DNA from: Basidiobolus meristosporus CBS 931.73
Lineage: Eukaryota; Fungi; Basidiobolomycota
Direction of reading: 5' to 3'
Assembly (NCBI GenBank): GCA_002104905.1
Contig: MCFE01000205.1
Coordinates: forward strand, 1 to 64,000
Length of the DNA: 64,000 nt
The first letter of the stretch is position 1. The number at the start of each line of letters is the position of its first letter. The position numbers and the translations under genes were made by a program. This document shows positions 11,214-23,351 of this stretch, piece after piece. The notes beneath the pieces were generated by a model. The model made no database searches and had not been told where the DNA came from. It was given only the letters and a program-made list of their open reading frames with translations.

Positions 11214-13574
11214 TTAGCCAAGACGACGGACTTTGGAATTACGGTCAACGGAGGCGGGGTCGAACGGAGGTCGCTTGCGATGCACAGCGGGGGATGCGTT
11301 CTCAACTACAGAATTGGGTTGATGCGGGGTTAGTACGGGACATAGCGGAGAGCAACTGTTGGTGAATACCATCGAAAAGTATTTGATTCCACCAGTCGGC
11401 ATACGTATGAATTACGATATTGTCCGATGGCTTGGACTCCTGGATCTCTCCATCCTCTTCGACCACCTCGTTTCTTGCGTCTCCTAATCTGCCCACCGGC
11501 ATCTGTGCTACCTTGGTTTCGTCATGCAAAGCAATGCAACAGGTCCAGTCGTCTACCCAATGGATGCTAACGGTCCCTAGGTGTTCGAACAACCCTTGCA
11601 GGTCGTTGTTGCGGAAGTTGGGAGGGATGGAGGTGAGAATGAAATGAGTGGCACGTGGCTCTGGTGCTAGATGGCATGGACAAAGATCAGCATCATGCAC
11701 ACACACACATGCTGTTGGCGGGTTGTCGTACCTTCTTCTGCGCCGGTAAGATTCAGGGTTTTGAGGTCGGAGCGCATCAGGTTGAGCTTGTTGTAATACG
11801 ATGTCAAAGCAGGCGAGGTGAGCAGTGCTTTGCTGACATTCGTAACCGGGAATTCTGCAAGCAAGGGCCTGTTAGTATGGGGATCATGACTGCGCCGCGT
11901 GGAATGACCACCAACCTTCCTGGCTGAGGAGATAGTGTGTTAGACGCAGGAATACTACCCCGGTGCAATGAGCGTCATAACCGGCCTCGTGGTAATGCGG
12001 GCTGTCCGACGTACTGTAACGAGTGAATTCAGGGTCAAAATCTACAAGGAGCTTAGTATCCATCCTGCCAGCAGCCATAGCTCACAACCTACCGATATCA
12101 GGTATGGCGCTCAAGAACGGCTCCTGCTGAACCAGGGCAGTCAAATCCGACAGCGCCGTGGAGCCGGCAGAGGGCTGGTTTTGAATCAATGGCTAAGGAG
12201 AGTCGCAGTGATTGTTAGTGAGTACTCAATGCGGAATCAGATCAATGCAAGATGTCACCTGCAGTGTTGGATGCTGATTGGCGATATGCTTTGTATCAAT
12301 CACTCTGTAGAGAAGGGCTGGTTAGTAGGTGGCAGTGATCATGGCCAACCACTCGACGTACAAACTCCACAGATTCTGGAGAGCATTCTTCCATTCCTTG
12401 ACGTGCAGGGGAAGGTCGTCCACAAAATGCCGCATGGTGTGACACATGTCCAGGAAGCAATTGTGACCCACAATTGGCTTTTGCGCGTCGATCATTAGCT
12501 GGATGACGCTGCTGAAGTTGACCATTTTGCTGAACTGGGGCGGAGGGTTAGTGGCGCATCTACCTTGGCTGCCAATCCACGTTGCTTACCTCGGCCTCCC
12601 GATTGTCGGCATCCTGGGCGTTCTTGTCTTTCTCCTCGACAGACAGCTTGACGATTTCAATGTTTCGGTCCTTTTTCTGAGCACTCACGAAGCCGTTGTA
12701 GCTAGATGGAGATTGGATGAGGCCATTTTCGAGCGTGCGTCGGCAAAGCCTCGGATCTTACTTGTTTCTCACGATTTGGTATACAAGGCGTCTCAGGTAA
12801 CCGTTGCCGGCGGGGACCTCCAGTGCTTTCTCGGTAGAGTCTTGAAGCCAAGTGTCGATCAGCACCCTACAGTGGCTCACCATTTACTAGAAGGTCAAAC
12901 TAAGAGGTCTTTGCTGTTCATACTTGGTTTGCTCGAAGAAGTCCCGATTGTTGTCGTCGATGGGGATGTCGGGGTTGTTGGCCTCGTTCTCTCTGCGAGC
13001 CTTCAGGGCGAGTTCTTCCGCCCGGTTAACATATGGGATGCCTAAGAAACGCCCCTGCGTCAGCAACCGTCGAATCCAAGGGGCGCCAAACACGCAACCC
13101 ACTTACCAGAGGCGATCATTTTGTTGAAGTCAAAGTTGCAGCCACTTAAAAACTCGAGACTTCCCGACTGACACAAGAAGGTCCGCTCGTTGCCGCCACT
13201 CTCCCCCAGCACCGAACCCGGGAAGACGTAGAAGTTGAATGGCTTGGAGATGTAGCCATTCTTCTCCCGGGACCAGGTGAAGGTGCAGAGTCCGAATTGG
13301 ATGACCAGGAAGGAGTTCGCCGCGTGTCTTAGCTTGCTGTACCGCTGTTGCGGGCTGTCCAGAAAAAACAGACGCGACTTGATCGGTTGTAAACCTAGGG
13401 GTAAACGGGGATGAGACGAGGTAGGCGGGACAGGGGGTTGTTTTGGCGACAGGCGGGGAGGGGGAAGGGAGCGTTACCGGTCAGTTCGGTATCTATAGCC
13501 ACGAAGTCAGCTTCCTGAACGGCCTGTTGGATCTTGGGAAATAGCTCCAAAAAGTTTTGCTTCAGTACTTCCAT
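11214..13574 (-). CDS. PARN: PARN-like poly(A)-specific ribonuclease (CAF1 family, DEDDh), multi-exon
   Basis: MEVLKQNFLELFPKIQQAVQEADFVAIDTELTG, IQFGLCTF, PFNFYVFP, FDFNK, IVGHNCFLDMCH and HEAGYDAHCTGVVF give the DEDD catalytic motifs; R3H-like middle region and C-terminal RRM-like segment (HFILTSIP...TVSIHWVDDWTCCIAL); last exon ends at 11214. Confidence 0.9.
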
Positions 13575-14699
13575 GGTTAAGGTCCTCAAGTGGTGAAACT
13601 AACCCTACCCACCGCCCTTAAATCCATTCCCATCCGAAAATGCCCCGGGATTTCGCGGTACGCCAAATGGATCCACTGCGTGGGCCATGAAAAAAACTCC
13701 TCTCGAATGGGATGGTGATTTACTGGGATTGGGTTGGCGTGGAGTCCCATCCCCCGTGCCATGTTGGATCTGGTGATTTCCTGGCTGGGCCGGGTCGTCC
13801 TGGAGGCGCTGCTGATGCTCTGCTGGTGCGGTTGAGCGACCAGGATGCCGCGGCGATTGAGTGGCCGGTTCATCCCTTGATGCTTCCCATAGACGTCCAA
13901 CTGCACCTAGCTCCAATAGCGCGACCTCTGGTGATTCATCAACCGGTTCTGTCAATGGTTGTCTGACGCATACCCAATGTTGCCATGGCGGTTCTGCAAA
14001 TCTGACAGGGGCCGGACGGGTCACACCACCTGAGCATCTGAAATGAAGGCCGCTTTAGTGGTGCTCCATACTCTGAGCACGTACTCAAGCCGCTAGCTAC
14101 CCCGATTTAGTGAGCCGATCGGCGTTTGTGATGATAAGGCCCATGTAGGCAAATGTAGAATCTTTCATGTGCCTGTGGATGATATTAACCAGCATCCATT
14201 GGGCTTCACCCTGATTGTTGCACTTATGTGCATGGGTGAGCAATATCTACAAACTACTGATTACTACATATCTTACTCACAAGTTCATAACCATCATTAG
14301 ATTGGGCTTGCTTGGATGGCCATTCTTTCCCCAAAGCTGTGGCACTCATGACTACACCTCAGGAAATCACCATTATTTTGTCACCACACTACTTGGCATA
14401 CCTATATACACTTCATCAATGAAGAGGATGAGGATTTGGTGAATATCCAGTACAATCAGAAAGCTAGAAAGGAGCTTAGCTCATGTACCCCTATATTACC
14501 TACACTCATACTTCCAGTATCTAGAACTTCAAAAGTGCCCAAAGAAATCCAAAGCCCACAAGCCTTGCACATATGTAATGCCACATGAAAGTTTGAATCT
14601 CCCACATATGAGAACTAAAGAGGCAACATGCTGTTCTAATCACTTCCAGTATCTCTAGGACTGTGACAACAGCTCAAAGCTTTAATTTACTTGATAGTT

Positions 14700-15330
14700 G
14701 TGCTTGTGAGAGTTCTGGTGATATTAGAAGTCACTGGGAGAGCAAGTAGATTATGGGACATTCATCCAATAACTGGTTGATTAGAAAGATGTTATTTATG
14801 CTGCAAAAATGCATAATGGCACCCAAATATTCACCAAGCATGGTCACTCAGATAATTGCCTACAAATCCTAGAGAATTCTGAGCAAATTCCTTGTTGGAA
14901 TTCAATTACAATATTTTCACCAAGACATCAGGTACCCAGAGCAAGAAGTTTTGCTCAGTTGTCCAAAAAGCCCCAAGCATTGCACACATGCTCTTAGTAC
15001 CTTTTTAAGCATGCTTACACAATTTTTCTGCCAAGACCATGTAAAAGTAAATATACCACCTTTATATTCAATAAATCATTAGGTGAAAGCCACATAATCT
15101 TCTTGTTCTCCCAAACACTTCAAATACCTCCAAAACTCTTACTATAGTTATGAGCCCTAAGCTATCACTCCCCACAATGTCTACCACTGCTTTTACTGAA
15201 ATTCTTCCCCCTGCTGAAAAGTTGGATGGATCAAACTACCAGGTCCAGAAGATGTAGATGAAGATACTGTTACAGAAAGAGGCCTTTGGATATTGTCTTG
15301 GGAGAAGAATGCCCTCCTAAAGGTGTAGGA
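14700..15330 (+). mobile_element. Decayed Ty1/copia LTR plus start of gag
   Basis: 14930-15145 is similar to the LTR at 16351-16699; followed by AGTTATGAGCCC and AEKLDGSNYQV-type gag codons with stops; the left boundary is approximate. Confidence 0.65.
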
Positions 15331-15339
15331 CCATATTAT

Positions 15340-16330
15340 TCTTTGTTAGGTGATGGTTTGTTGCCTTTGGGGTAGCAGCTGGTTTACAGCCTTCCATTTA
15401 GTGCTTCCTAGGTACATCCTAAATATAAATGGACTGGCTTAGGGTTATGGTCAAAGTATTTCTGCCCATGGAGAGTTGTATTGTCAAGTAGTATCTGAGC
15501 TCTCCTGGACCAGATGCTTTGAATACCTTCAATAGACCAGATTTAGTCTCTAATAATGCTTTTTGGTTATAGGTGGCTATAATAGAAGCACCTATATATT
15601 GTGCTAATATAGCTGGAGCTGCTCAATCCAGCTTATAGTAGATTCAATAGTCAGCAGTAATTCTCCAGAAATGCATGGACTCCAAAAACAAATATTTCCT
15701 GCAATTACAAGCTCTTGGCAATAATTTGAGGCCATATAAATACTTTTGAGCTTGCAGATCAAATGGGAGATATCCTGGTCTACAAACCCATCAGGCTAGT
15801 TTATATTCACATCCTCTTCAAGTCCTGCATTCAAGAATGCAGCTTTACATTTAATCAATAGATAAGAATATATATTTAATTGCAATGGTCAAAATAATTA
15901 GATGGAGATATACTTGGCTACCAAGGTAAAGGTTTCATGGTAGTCTAGTCCTGTTGTTTGAGAGTATGCTTTGGCCACAAGTTTGGCTTTGTATCAATTA
16001 ATTGTACCATCAGCCTTGTACTTTGCCTTCAAGACCCATTTGCAGCCAATTGAATTTTGGTTCAATGCTAATTTGACAAAGTTTCAAACTTAATTTTCCA
16101 TCAGGGCCTGACACTCCTCAGTCATTGCAGAACTCCAAAACTCTATTTGAGGGCTACTTGGGGCCTCTTTAACTATATAGGGCTCATCAAATAGACTTAG
16201 TGAGCACAGGTTAAGTGCAAACCCTCTCCAATATAGTAGTGTGAGCTATTTTTAATCCAGCTTGATCTCCTACCTTGTAATATTGCAATATCAACATCTG
16301 GGCTACTCCCAGGCACTGATTAGGCTATAT
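15340..16330 (-). mobile_element. Decayed Ty1/copia reverse transcriptase fragment
   Basis: The reverse strand reads IGCKWVLKAKYKADGT...YKAKLVAKAYSQTTGLDYHETF with stops. Confidence 0.75.
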
Positions 16331-18121
16331 TATGTTTGTAGAGTCCTCTGTGTTGTAAAAATTTGTAATTCCACCTAAATATTCATCTAACTTAGTCACT
16401 TAAATCATTACCCTCAAATTCTAGAGAATGCTGACCAAGTTCCCTGTTGGGATTTACTTAGAATATTTTCACTAAAATACCAGGTACCCAGAACATGAAA
16501 ATTCTCAAAGTTGCCCAAGCAGCCCCGAACTTTGCACACATGTTCCTGGGACCTTCCATAACCTATTCTATCTGTTTGCAAGACCAAGATCAGGTAAAAG
16601 TTTAAATACTACTTTTACATTGAATAAATCATTAAGTGAAAACCACATAATCTACTTGTTATCCCAATCACTTGCAATATCTCCAAGACTCTTACAACAG
16701 GTTATGAGCCCCAAGCTGTCACTTTGTGCAATGCCTACTACTGCTATTACTGGATTTTTTCCCTCTGCTGAAAAGTTGGTTGGATCTAACTACCAAGTGT
16801 GGAAGGTGAAGATGAAGATGCTGCTACAAGAAAGAGGCCTTTGGGATATTGTCATAGGAGAAGAATACCTTCCTAAAAGTGTGGGAGAGGAAGCCTTGAA
16901 GTACTAGAAGAACAAACAATGTGCCTTTAACTGTATTTGCCTCAATGTTAAAGACAAATTACTAATTCAATGCTCAAGAGCAAAAACAGCAAAGAATGCC
17001 TGGAAAGCATTGGAAGACACTTACCAGTCATGTTCAGCTGCTAAGAAAAGGTATCTGTGACAAAAATTCTTTACTACAAAGATGCTGCCAGGAGAAGAAA
17101 TGAAAAATCTAATTAACAGAATTACCCTGCTGGTAGAGGAGATGGAATCTGTGGGCGTGCCAACTACAGATGAGGATGTGATAGTTACCATCCTGAATAG
17201 CCTGACAGACAGGTTTTGGGGCCTTGTATTAACCCTAGAGTCCACAACTGAAGATTTGACCTTAAATTACATATATGGAAGGCTCCTGGATGAAGAATTA
17301 AGAAAATCAAGCGTTGTGGTAGGGTAAACATACCTCCCACAGACAAGTTTATTCATATAGTCATTATGATATACTTATCCATATTTTATCTTATCAGTAT
17401 TATCCCATTCTTCTTTTGCCCATATTATCAGTATTATCCCCATATGATGTTTACCCTGATTAGTTATTAGCATTAGTTATCCCAGATGTTATTCAGCTTT
17501 GTGATCAGTAGATGTATCTATATAAGGCAAGTACCCGCGTCAGTACCCGTGACACATGACCTAGGTCTGTGTTACCATCTCTACCATTTCAATACCATAT
17601 ATGGTATTTCTATGTTGCACAGGTTTCAGACTACTGATTCCTGATTGGTTGAGAGTGCTGTGCCTTTTAGAACCTTCCAGGACATTCTTGGCATATTTTT
17701 AGCTCATAGTGATGTCATCAAGAATTCCACTGATACCTAGAATCTTCTAGAACCTTGTCATTAGTAATCACTTGGCAATCAGGAAAAGTATTTAAGGGAA
17801 AGCAATCCCTCATCAATAAATCATCCCTTCTATCAGTAACACTTCTACCTTATTGATTAGCAGTTGATCACTGCACCTGCCTTCAACAGTATATCTAAGA
17901 CCTGCCATCAAGGAGCTTTTCAGGGTAGTGCACAAGACACACAGAGGCCTTTGGAGACACTTGGAGCACCTAGGAAGCTAAAGAAGCAGGAGCTTTTACC
18001 ATAGTGACATATTGACAAAGACACCAGCAGTTTAGACACAGAGGTTATTGCACCCATCAGACACCTCACACACCTTGAGTTGTGTAGCTTCTCCCAGGAG
18101 TACCTCTACACCACCACATAT

Positions 18122-18139
18122 TTGGCACCCAACGTGGGG
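18122..18139 (+). promoter_or_regulatory. Primer-binding site, tRNA-Lys(CUU)-type
   Basis: TGGCACCCAACGTGGGG just after the 5' LTR differs by one G>A (CpG>CpA) from the Lys1,2 PBS TGGCGCCCAACGTGGGG. Confidence 0.8.
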
Positions 18140-18193
18140 GGGTTTGACTGAACTGCCCCTAGAAGACTTAAGAAAGAACAAATTATCAAGACC

Positions 18194-20050
18194 ATGGATC
18201 TACCTTTACCAGGAATGCAAGGAACTCCTTTCTTTGATGGAACCAAAGTTAAAGCTTTCATCAAGAGGTGGGAGCTTTTCTGCAGAGCCCACAAAATACC
18301 TGAGGCCATTATGGCTGAAGAGATGCCCCCCTACAGCACTGATGAGATCATGCTCTCTTTATATGAAAGAAATGATCTGCTGACAAATTGGACCCTCTTG
18401 AAGAGCTACTTGATTGATGAATATGGAGAGAGACAAGTTGACTACACACTTAAAGACTTGGAGAACTTTGCTTATAGCAAGTTTAAGCTGCTACCATTGA
18501 AAGAATACTTGAGTGGCCTTGAGCAAATTGGAGAGTCACTGAAAGCCCAAGGCATTATCACTGATCTGACTTTATCTGCCTATCTGCTCAGAGCACTACC
18601 AGAAGGCCTGGTGAGAAGGATTGAAAACAATCCTACTGTGAAAGCTATGAGTTCACTGCCTGCATTTCAGTTAGCCAAGCAGATTCTACTTGCCCCTGAA
18701 GAAACCTCACCAATCAGAAAGCTTCTTTCAAGCCCAGAACAAATCCAAGATAGCCAAGACATACTTAATCCCAGCAATCAAAGCACTCAAATTCAGGAGC
18801 TGACACAGCAACTAGAAAAACTCTCTTTGCTACTTGCCAGCAAAGCATATGGTCAGAAGCCAGTAGAGAAAGAAGTCAAATATACATGCATGTGGTGTGA
18901 CTCTGCCAACCATTCCAAGAGAAATTGCCAAGAGCTTCAGTCATTACTATCCACAGGTGATGTCCTATATAGTCCTCAGGGATACATAGTCAGTAAGCAT
19001 GGTGACAAATTATCCACAGCATTTGGACAAGGAGGAATGAGAGTTCACTACAAGCAAGTCACCTCTCATACAAGAAAGGTTCAACTCCATGAAGAAGAAG
19101 ATCCTGACTACTTTGATCCAGCTGAAGTTCTGAACTTTGACTATGAGGACCCCAGAGAGGCCCAAGATCATATAGCTTCAATTTATGCTTCAAAGAGACA
19201 CCATCCTGAAAAAATGGCTAATCCAGGCCCAGCAACAAAAGTACCAAGATGTGAGCCAGAAGTTGTGATTGAGAAGAAAGCATCACCCCCATTGATTTTA
19301 CAAGAGTCTGCCAAGGCCAACAACTACCACATGCAGCCTAGAGTCAAGCAAAAGGGTACCCCAGAGGCTCTGACAAGTCATATACTAGGAAGCAACATAT
19401 CAATCAAGGTTGGAGAGCTACTCAGTGTATCACCATCTGTAAGAAAGACTCTGGATGAGCATATCAGAATAAGAAAGCATCCAATTGAAGCAACTCAAGG
19501 CAACCAGGTCAGGACAGTTCAAGGAAGCCAAGATATCAGTAAGCTGCATCAAAGCCAGAAACACTACTACTCAGTGGCAACTGCAACAACTACAGGAACT
19601 GTGCATAATCAAGAAATCCTATGTCATATAGACAGTGGATCTGAGATATGTGTGATGCCTTTGGAGGCTTGGAAACAACTACCATGCAAAGACCTATTGC
19701 CCATAGACACCAATATCAATTGGAGCATGAAGGATGCCAACTCAGGGCAATCAAAGCTTTTAGGAATTATTCACAGCTTCCCTCTCATCATTGAAGGAAT
19801 ACCCCATGAGATCCCAGTATTCATTTGTGCAAAGGCTAACTTTGAATTACTTCTTGGAAGACCATGGGAGGTAAAAGCAAGAGCAACTGCAGTGAACTAC
19901 CCAGATGGTTCAGCATGGTATACTATATACTCAGAGAGCCCAGGACTAACAGCAACCTTCTGTGGTGTGGACTCAAACAATATCCGATCAATGACATCAT
20001 GTAGATTTCTATCTCAAGAAAGGACAGGTGGCTTCATTGAGGAAGACTGA
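18194..20050 (+). CDS. Gag - CCHC zinc knuckle - aspartic protease polyprotein, 618 aa, no RT/RH/IN
   Basis: Uninterrupted ORF; PFFDGTKVKAFIKRWE gag start; CMWCDSANHSKRNC (CX2CX4HX4C); HIDSGSEICVM and ELLLGRPW protease motifs; stop codon ~80 bp before the 3' LTR. Confidence 0.9.
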   Translation: MDLPLPGMQGTPFFDGTKVKAFIKRWELFCRAHKIPEAIMAEEMPPYSTDEIMLSLYERNDLLTNWTLLKSYLIDEYGERQVDYTLKDLENFAYSKFKLLPLKEYLSGLEQIGESLKAQGIITDLTLSAYLLRALPEGLVRRIENNPTVKAMSSLPAFQLAKQILLAPEETSPIRKLLSSPEQIQDSQDILNPSNQSTQIQELTQQLEKLSLLLASKAYGQKPVEKEVKYTCMWCDSANHSKRNCQELQSLLSTGDVLYSPQGYIVSKHGDKLSTAFGQGGMRVHYKQVTSHTRKVQLHEEEDPDYFDPAEVLNFDYEDPREAQDHIASIYASKRHHPEKMANPGPATKVPRCEPEVVIEKKASPPLILQESAKANNYHMQPRVKQKGTPEALTSHILGSNISIKVGELLSVSPSVRKTLDEHIRIRKHPIEATQGNQVRTVQGSQDISKLHQSQKHYYSVATATTTGTVHNQEILCHIDSGSEICVMPLEAWKQLPCKDLLPIDTNINWSMKDANSGQSKLLGIIHSFPLIIEGIPHEIPVFICAKANFELLLGRPWEVKARATAVNYPDGSAWYTIYSESPGLTATFCGVDSNNIRSMTSCRFLSQERTGGFIEED

Positions 20051-23000
20051 GAGAGCACTTTGTTCTCCAAACTTACAGTGGTTAGCTAAAAAGTTCCCTG
20101 AAACTTTTTAGCTCAAGTGGGGGGTGGATGTGGTAGGGTAAACATACCTCCCACAGACAAGTTTATTCATATAGTCATTATGATATACTTATCCATATTT
20201 TATCTTATCAGTATTATCCCATTCTTCTTTTGCCCATATTATCAGTATTATCCCCATATGATGTTTACCCTGATTAGTTATTAGCATTAGTTATCCCAGA
20301 TGTTATTCAGCTTTGTGATCAGTAGATGTATCTATATAAGGCAAGTACCCGCGTCAGTACCCGTGACACATGACCTAGGTCTGTGTTACCATCTCTACCA
20401 TTTCAATACCATATATGGTATTTCTATGTTGCACAGGTTTCAGACTACTGATTCCTGATTGGTTGAGAGTGCTGTGCCTTTTAGAACCTTCCAGGACATT
20501 CTTGGCATATTTTTAGCTCATAGTGATGTCATCAAGAATTCCACTGATACCTAGAATCTTCTAGAACCTTGTCATTAGTAATCACTTGGCAATCAGGAAA
20601 AGTATTTAAGGGAAAGCAATCCCTCATCAATAAATCATCCCTTCTATCAGTAACACTTCTACCTTATTGATTAGCAGTTGATCACTGCACCTGCCTTCAA
20701 CAGTATATCTAAGACCTGCCATCAAGGAGCTTTTCAGGGTAGTGCACAAGACACACAGAGGCCTTTGGAGACACTTGGAGCACCTAGGAAGCTAAAGAAG
20801 CAGGAGCTTTTACCATAGTGACATATTGACAAAGACACCAGCAGTTTAGACACAGAGGTTATTGCACCCATCAGACACCTCACACACCTTGAGTTGTGTA
20901 GCTTCTCCCAGGAGTACCTCTACACCACCACAGCGTCAATAAGAAGGAAGAAGAAAATGCTCTAATAAGCAATGATAACCAACAAAGGAGGTACCCAAGA
21001 CCCTATAAAGGTAATAGCAACCTGTTTTGCAACTACTGCAAAAGGAAAGGACACACATGAGAGAGGTGTCTCAAAAAGAGAGATTATCGGCAAAAGAAGC
21101 CTGAATATGGAAATGCTGCAAAAGCTGAAGATAGACTATTCATATCAGCACTAGACATGACCACAAACAAGGATTCTCAGACATGGTATATTGACCCTGG
21201 AGCATCTCAACACTTTACACACCAAAAAGAACTTTTTACCCAATATCAAGCAATTCCAATTAAGAAGGTTTTCATGGGTGATGATAGAACACTTGATGCA
21301 GTGAGAGAAGGAACTATCCAAGTAAACCTAAGAGGCAGAGAAGGAAGCCATACACTGACCTTCAAAGAAGTACTCTATGTACCAGAAATAGCCAAGAACC
21401 TACTATCTGTAGGCAAGGCCACTGCAGAAGGACTCAGTTTCAGCTTTGACAATTCTGGATGCAGCACAACTGATCAAAATGGTGCCCATTTTGCTTTGGG
21501 TAGCAGAGATCAGAATCTATGCAAGCTGACTTATATTCCATCATATTTGGAAGCCAATATAGGTAACTTAAATGAAGAAACACCAATGCTTTGACACAGG
21601 AGATTTGGGCACATCAATTTTGATTATTTGCGCAAAATGATCAAAGATCAGCTAATATCTGGAGTAGAAATTGATCCCCCTGCCAATTTGGAGCACTGTG
21701 AAGTCTGCATATATGGGAAACAAGCCAGACAATTGCTCAAGCTGGGCTAATCAAAACTAAGAAAAAAATTAGATCTAATTCACTCAGATCTGTGTGGACC
21801 TATTCAATATTTATCCTTAGGTGGGATGAAGTATTTAATCACTTTTATTGATGATTATACAGGATACACATGGATCTACTTCATGGAGAGAAAGTAAGTA
21901 GCTCTGTCTAAGTTCAGGGAGCTTAAAGCCATGGTGGAGAGAGAAACTGGTGAAAAAATCAAGAAAATATTCTCTGACAATGGTGGAGAATATACCTCAA
22001 AACTCTTCATCCACTTCTGCAAAATTTATGGGATAATGGAAGAGACTACTGTACCATACTCCCCACAGCAAAATGGAGTAGCAGAGCATGCTAACAGATC
22101 AATAATTGATATGGCAAGATCTATGATCCATCATCAAAAATTATCCTATGATTTTTGGGTGGATTCAGTTGCCACTGCTGTATATCTTAAAAATAGGAGT
22201 TATAACAGAATACTTTGTGATTTTACTCCACTTGAAGCTTGTTATGGATACAGACCAAGTGCAGAACATCTAAGAATATTTGGGTGTACAGCATATGCAA
22301 AGAAACTGCCTGGAAATCAGTCAAAATTTAAGCCAAAAAGTGTAAAATGCATATTTTTGGGCTACTGCAATGAGAGTAAAGCATACAGACCCTACAATGC
22401 CAAAGCAAAGAAGCTAATCAAGTCCAGGGATGTGCTGATTGATGAAAATTCAAGATTTTTACAAAAATGACATCAGAAGATGACAAAAATCTGATCCCAA
22501 GTCCACCAATTGTCAGGATTGAATCAGAGCAAAACAATGAAATTATTTTCACTCCAGAGGACTCTACAACCATGTTTCAGCCAGAATCAGTTGCCAGGAA
22601 TATCCCAGAAGTGATCATTCCAGTATCAAATGCCCAGAGATCCAATTGGACAACAAATAGGCCAAATTACTATATCAATGAGGGTACAAACTTAGCCTAT
22701 GCCTATTCAGTACATATTGATGAGCCCCAGACTGTAAAAGAGGCCCTAAAAGCCCTCCAGCAAGTCTTGGAGATCTGCAATGACTGAGGAATATCAGGCC
22801 CTGATGGAAAATCAATTTGGGACTTGGTCAAATTACCAATCAACCAAAAATCAATTGGATGCAGATAGGTCTTCAAGACAAAATACAAGGCTGATGATAA
22901 AGTTGAAAGATACAAAGCAAGACTTGTGGCCAAAGGATACTCTCAAACAAAAGGACTTGACTATACTGAGACCTTTGCACTGGTAGCCAAGTTTAATTCC

Positions 23001-23351
23001 ATCAGATTAATATTGGCTATTGCAGCCAAATATCAGTTTTTATTCATCAAATGTATGTAAAACTGCATTTTCAAATGAAGAACTTAATGAAGGCGTGTAT
23101 ATGGACCAGCCTGATGGGTTTGTTGACCAAGATAACCCCCATTTGGTCTGCAAGCTTAAAAAGTCACTATATGGTCTCAAACAATCACCAAGAGCCAGGA
23201 ATTGTAAGATAGACTCTTATTTGGAATCTTTGAACTTCAAAAGGAGTAACACTGACTATAGTATATACTATAGGCCAGACAGAGCATATCCAGTTCTATT
23301 AGCTCTATATGTGGATGATTTTATTATAGCCACCAATAACCTAGAAACATT

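Larger units (their letters stand above)
17315..20932 (+). mobile_element. Young non-autonomous LTR retroelement encoding Gag and protease only (gypsy-type)
   Basis: 804-bp LTRs 17315-18118 and 20129-20932 read as identical, TG..CA ends; 4-bp TSD GCGT whose removal restores the host copia gag frame (KSS-VNKKEEE); PBS TGGCACCCAACGTGGGG; PPT AAGTGGGGGGTGGA. Confidence 0.93.

Noticed and set aside
11214-13574. Functional link between PARN (Triman-like small-RNA trimmer in S. pombe) and the adjacent TE block
   Set aside because: The protein acts in trans; adjacency is not evidence
13586-14046. ORFs of 60-139 aa upstream of PARN
   Set aside because: No recognisable motifs, overlapping frames on both strands; probably promoter or boundary DNA
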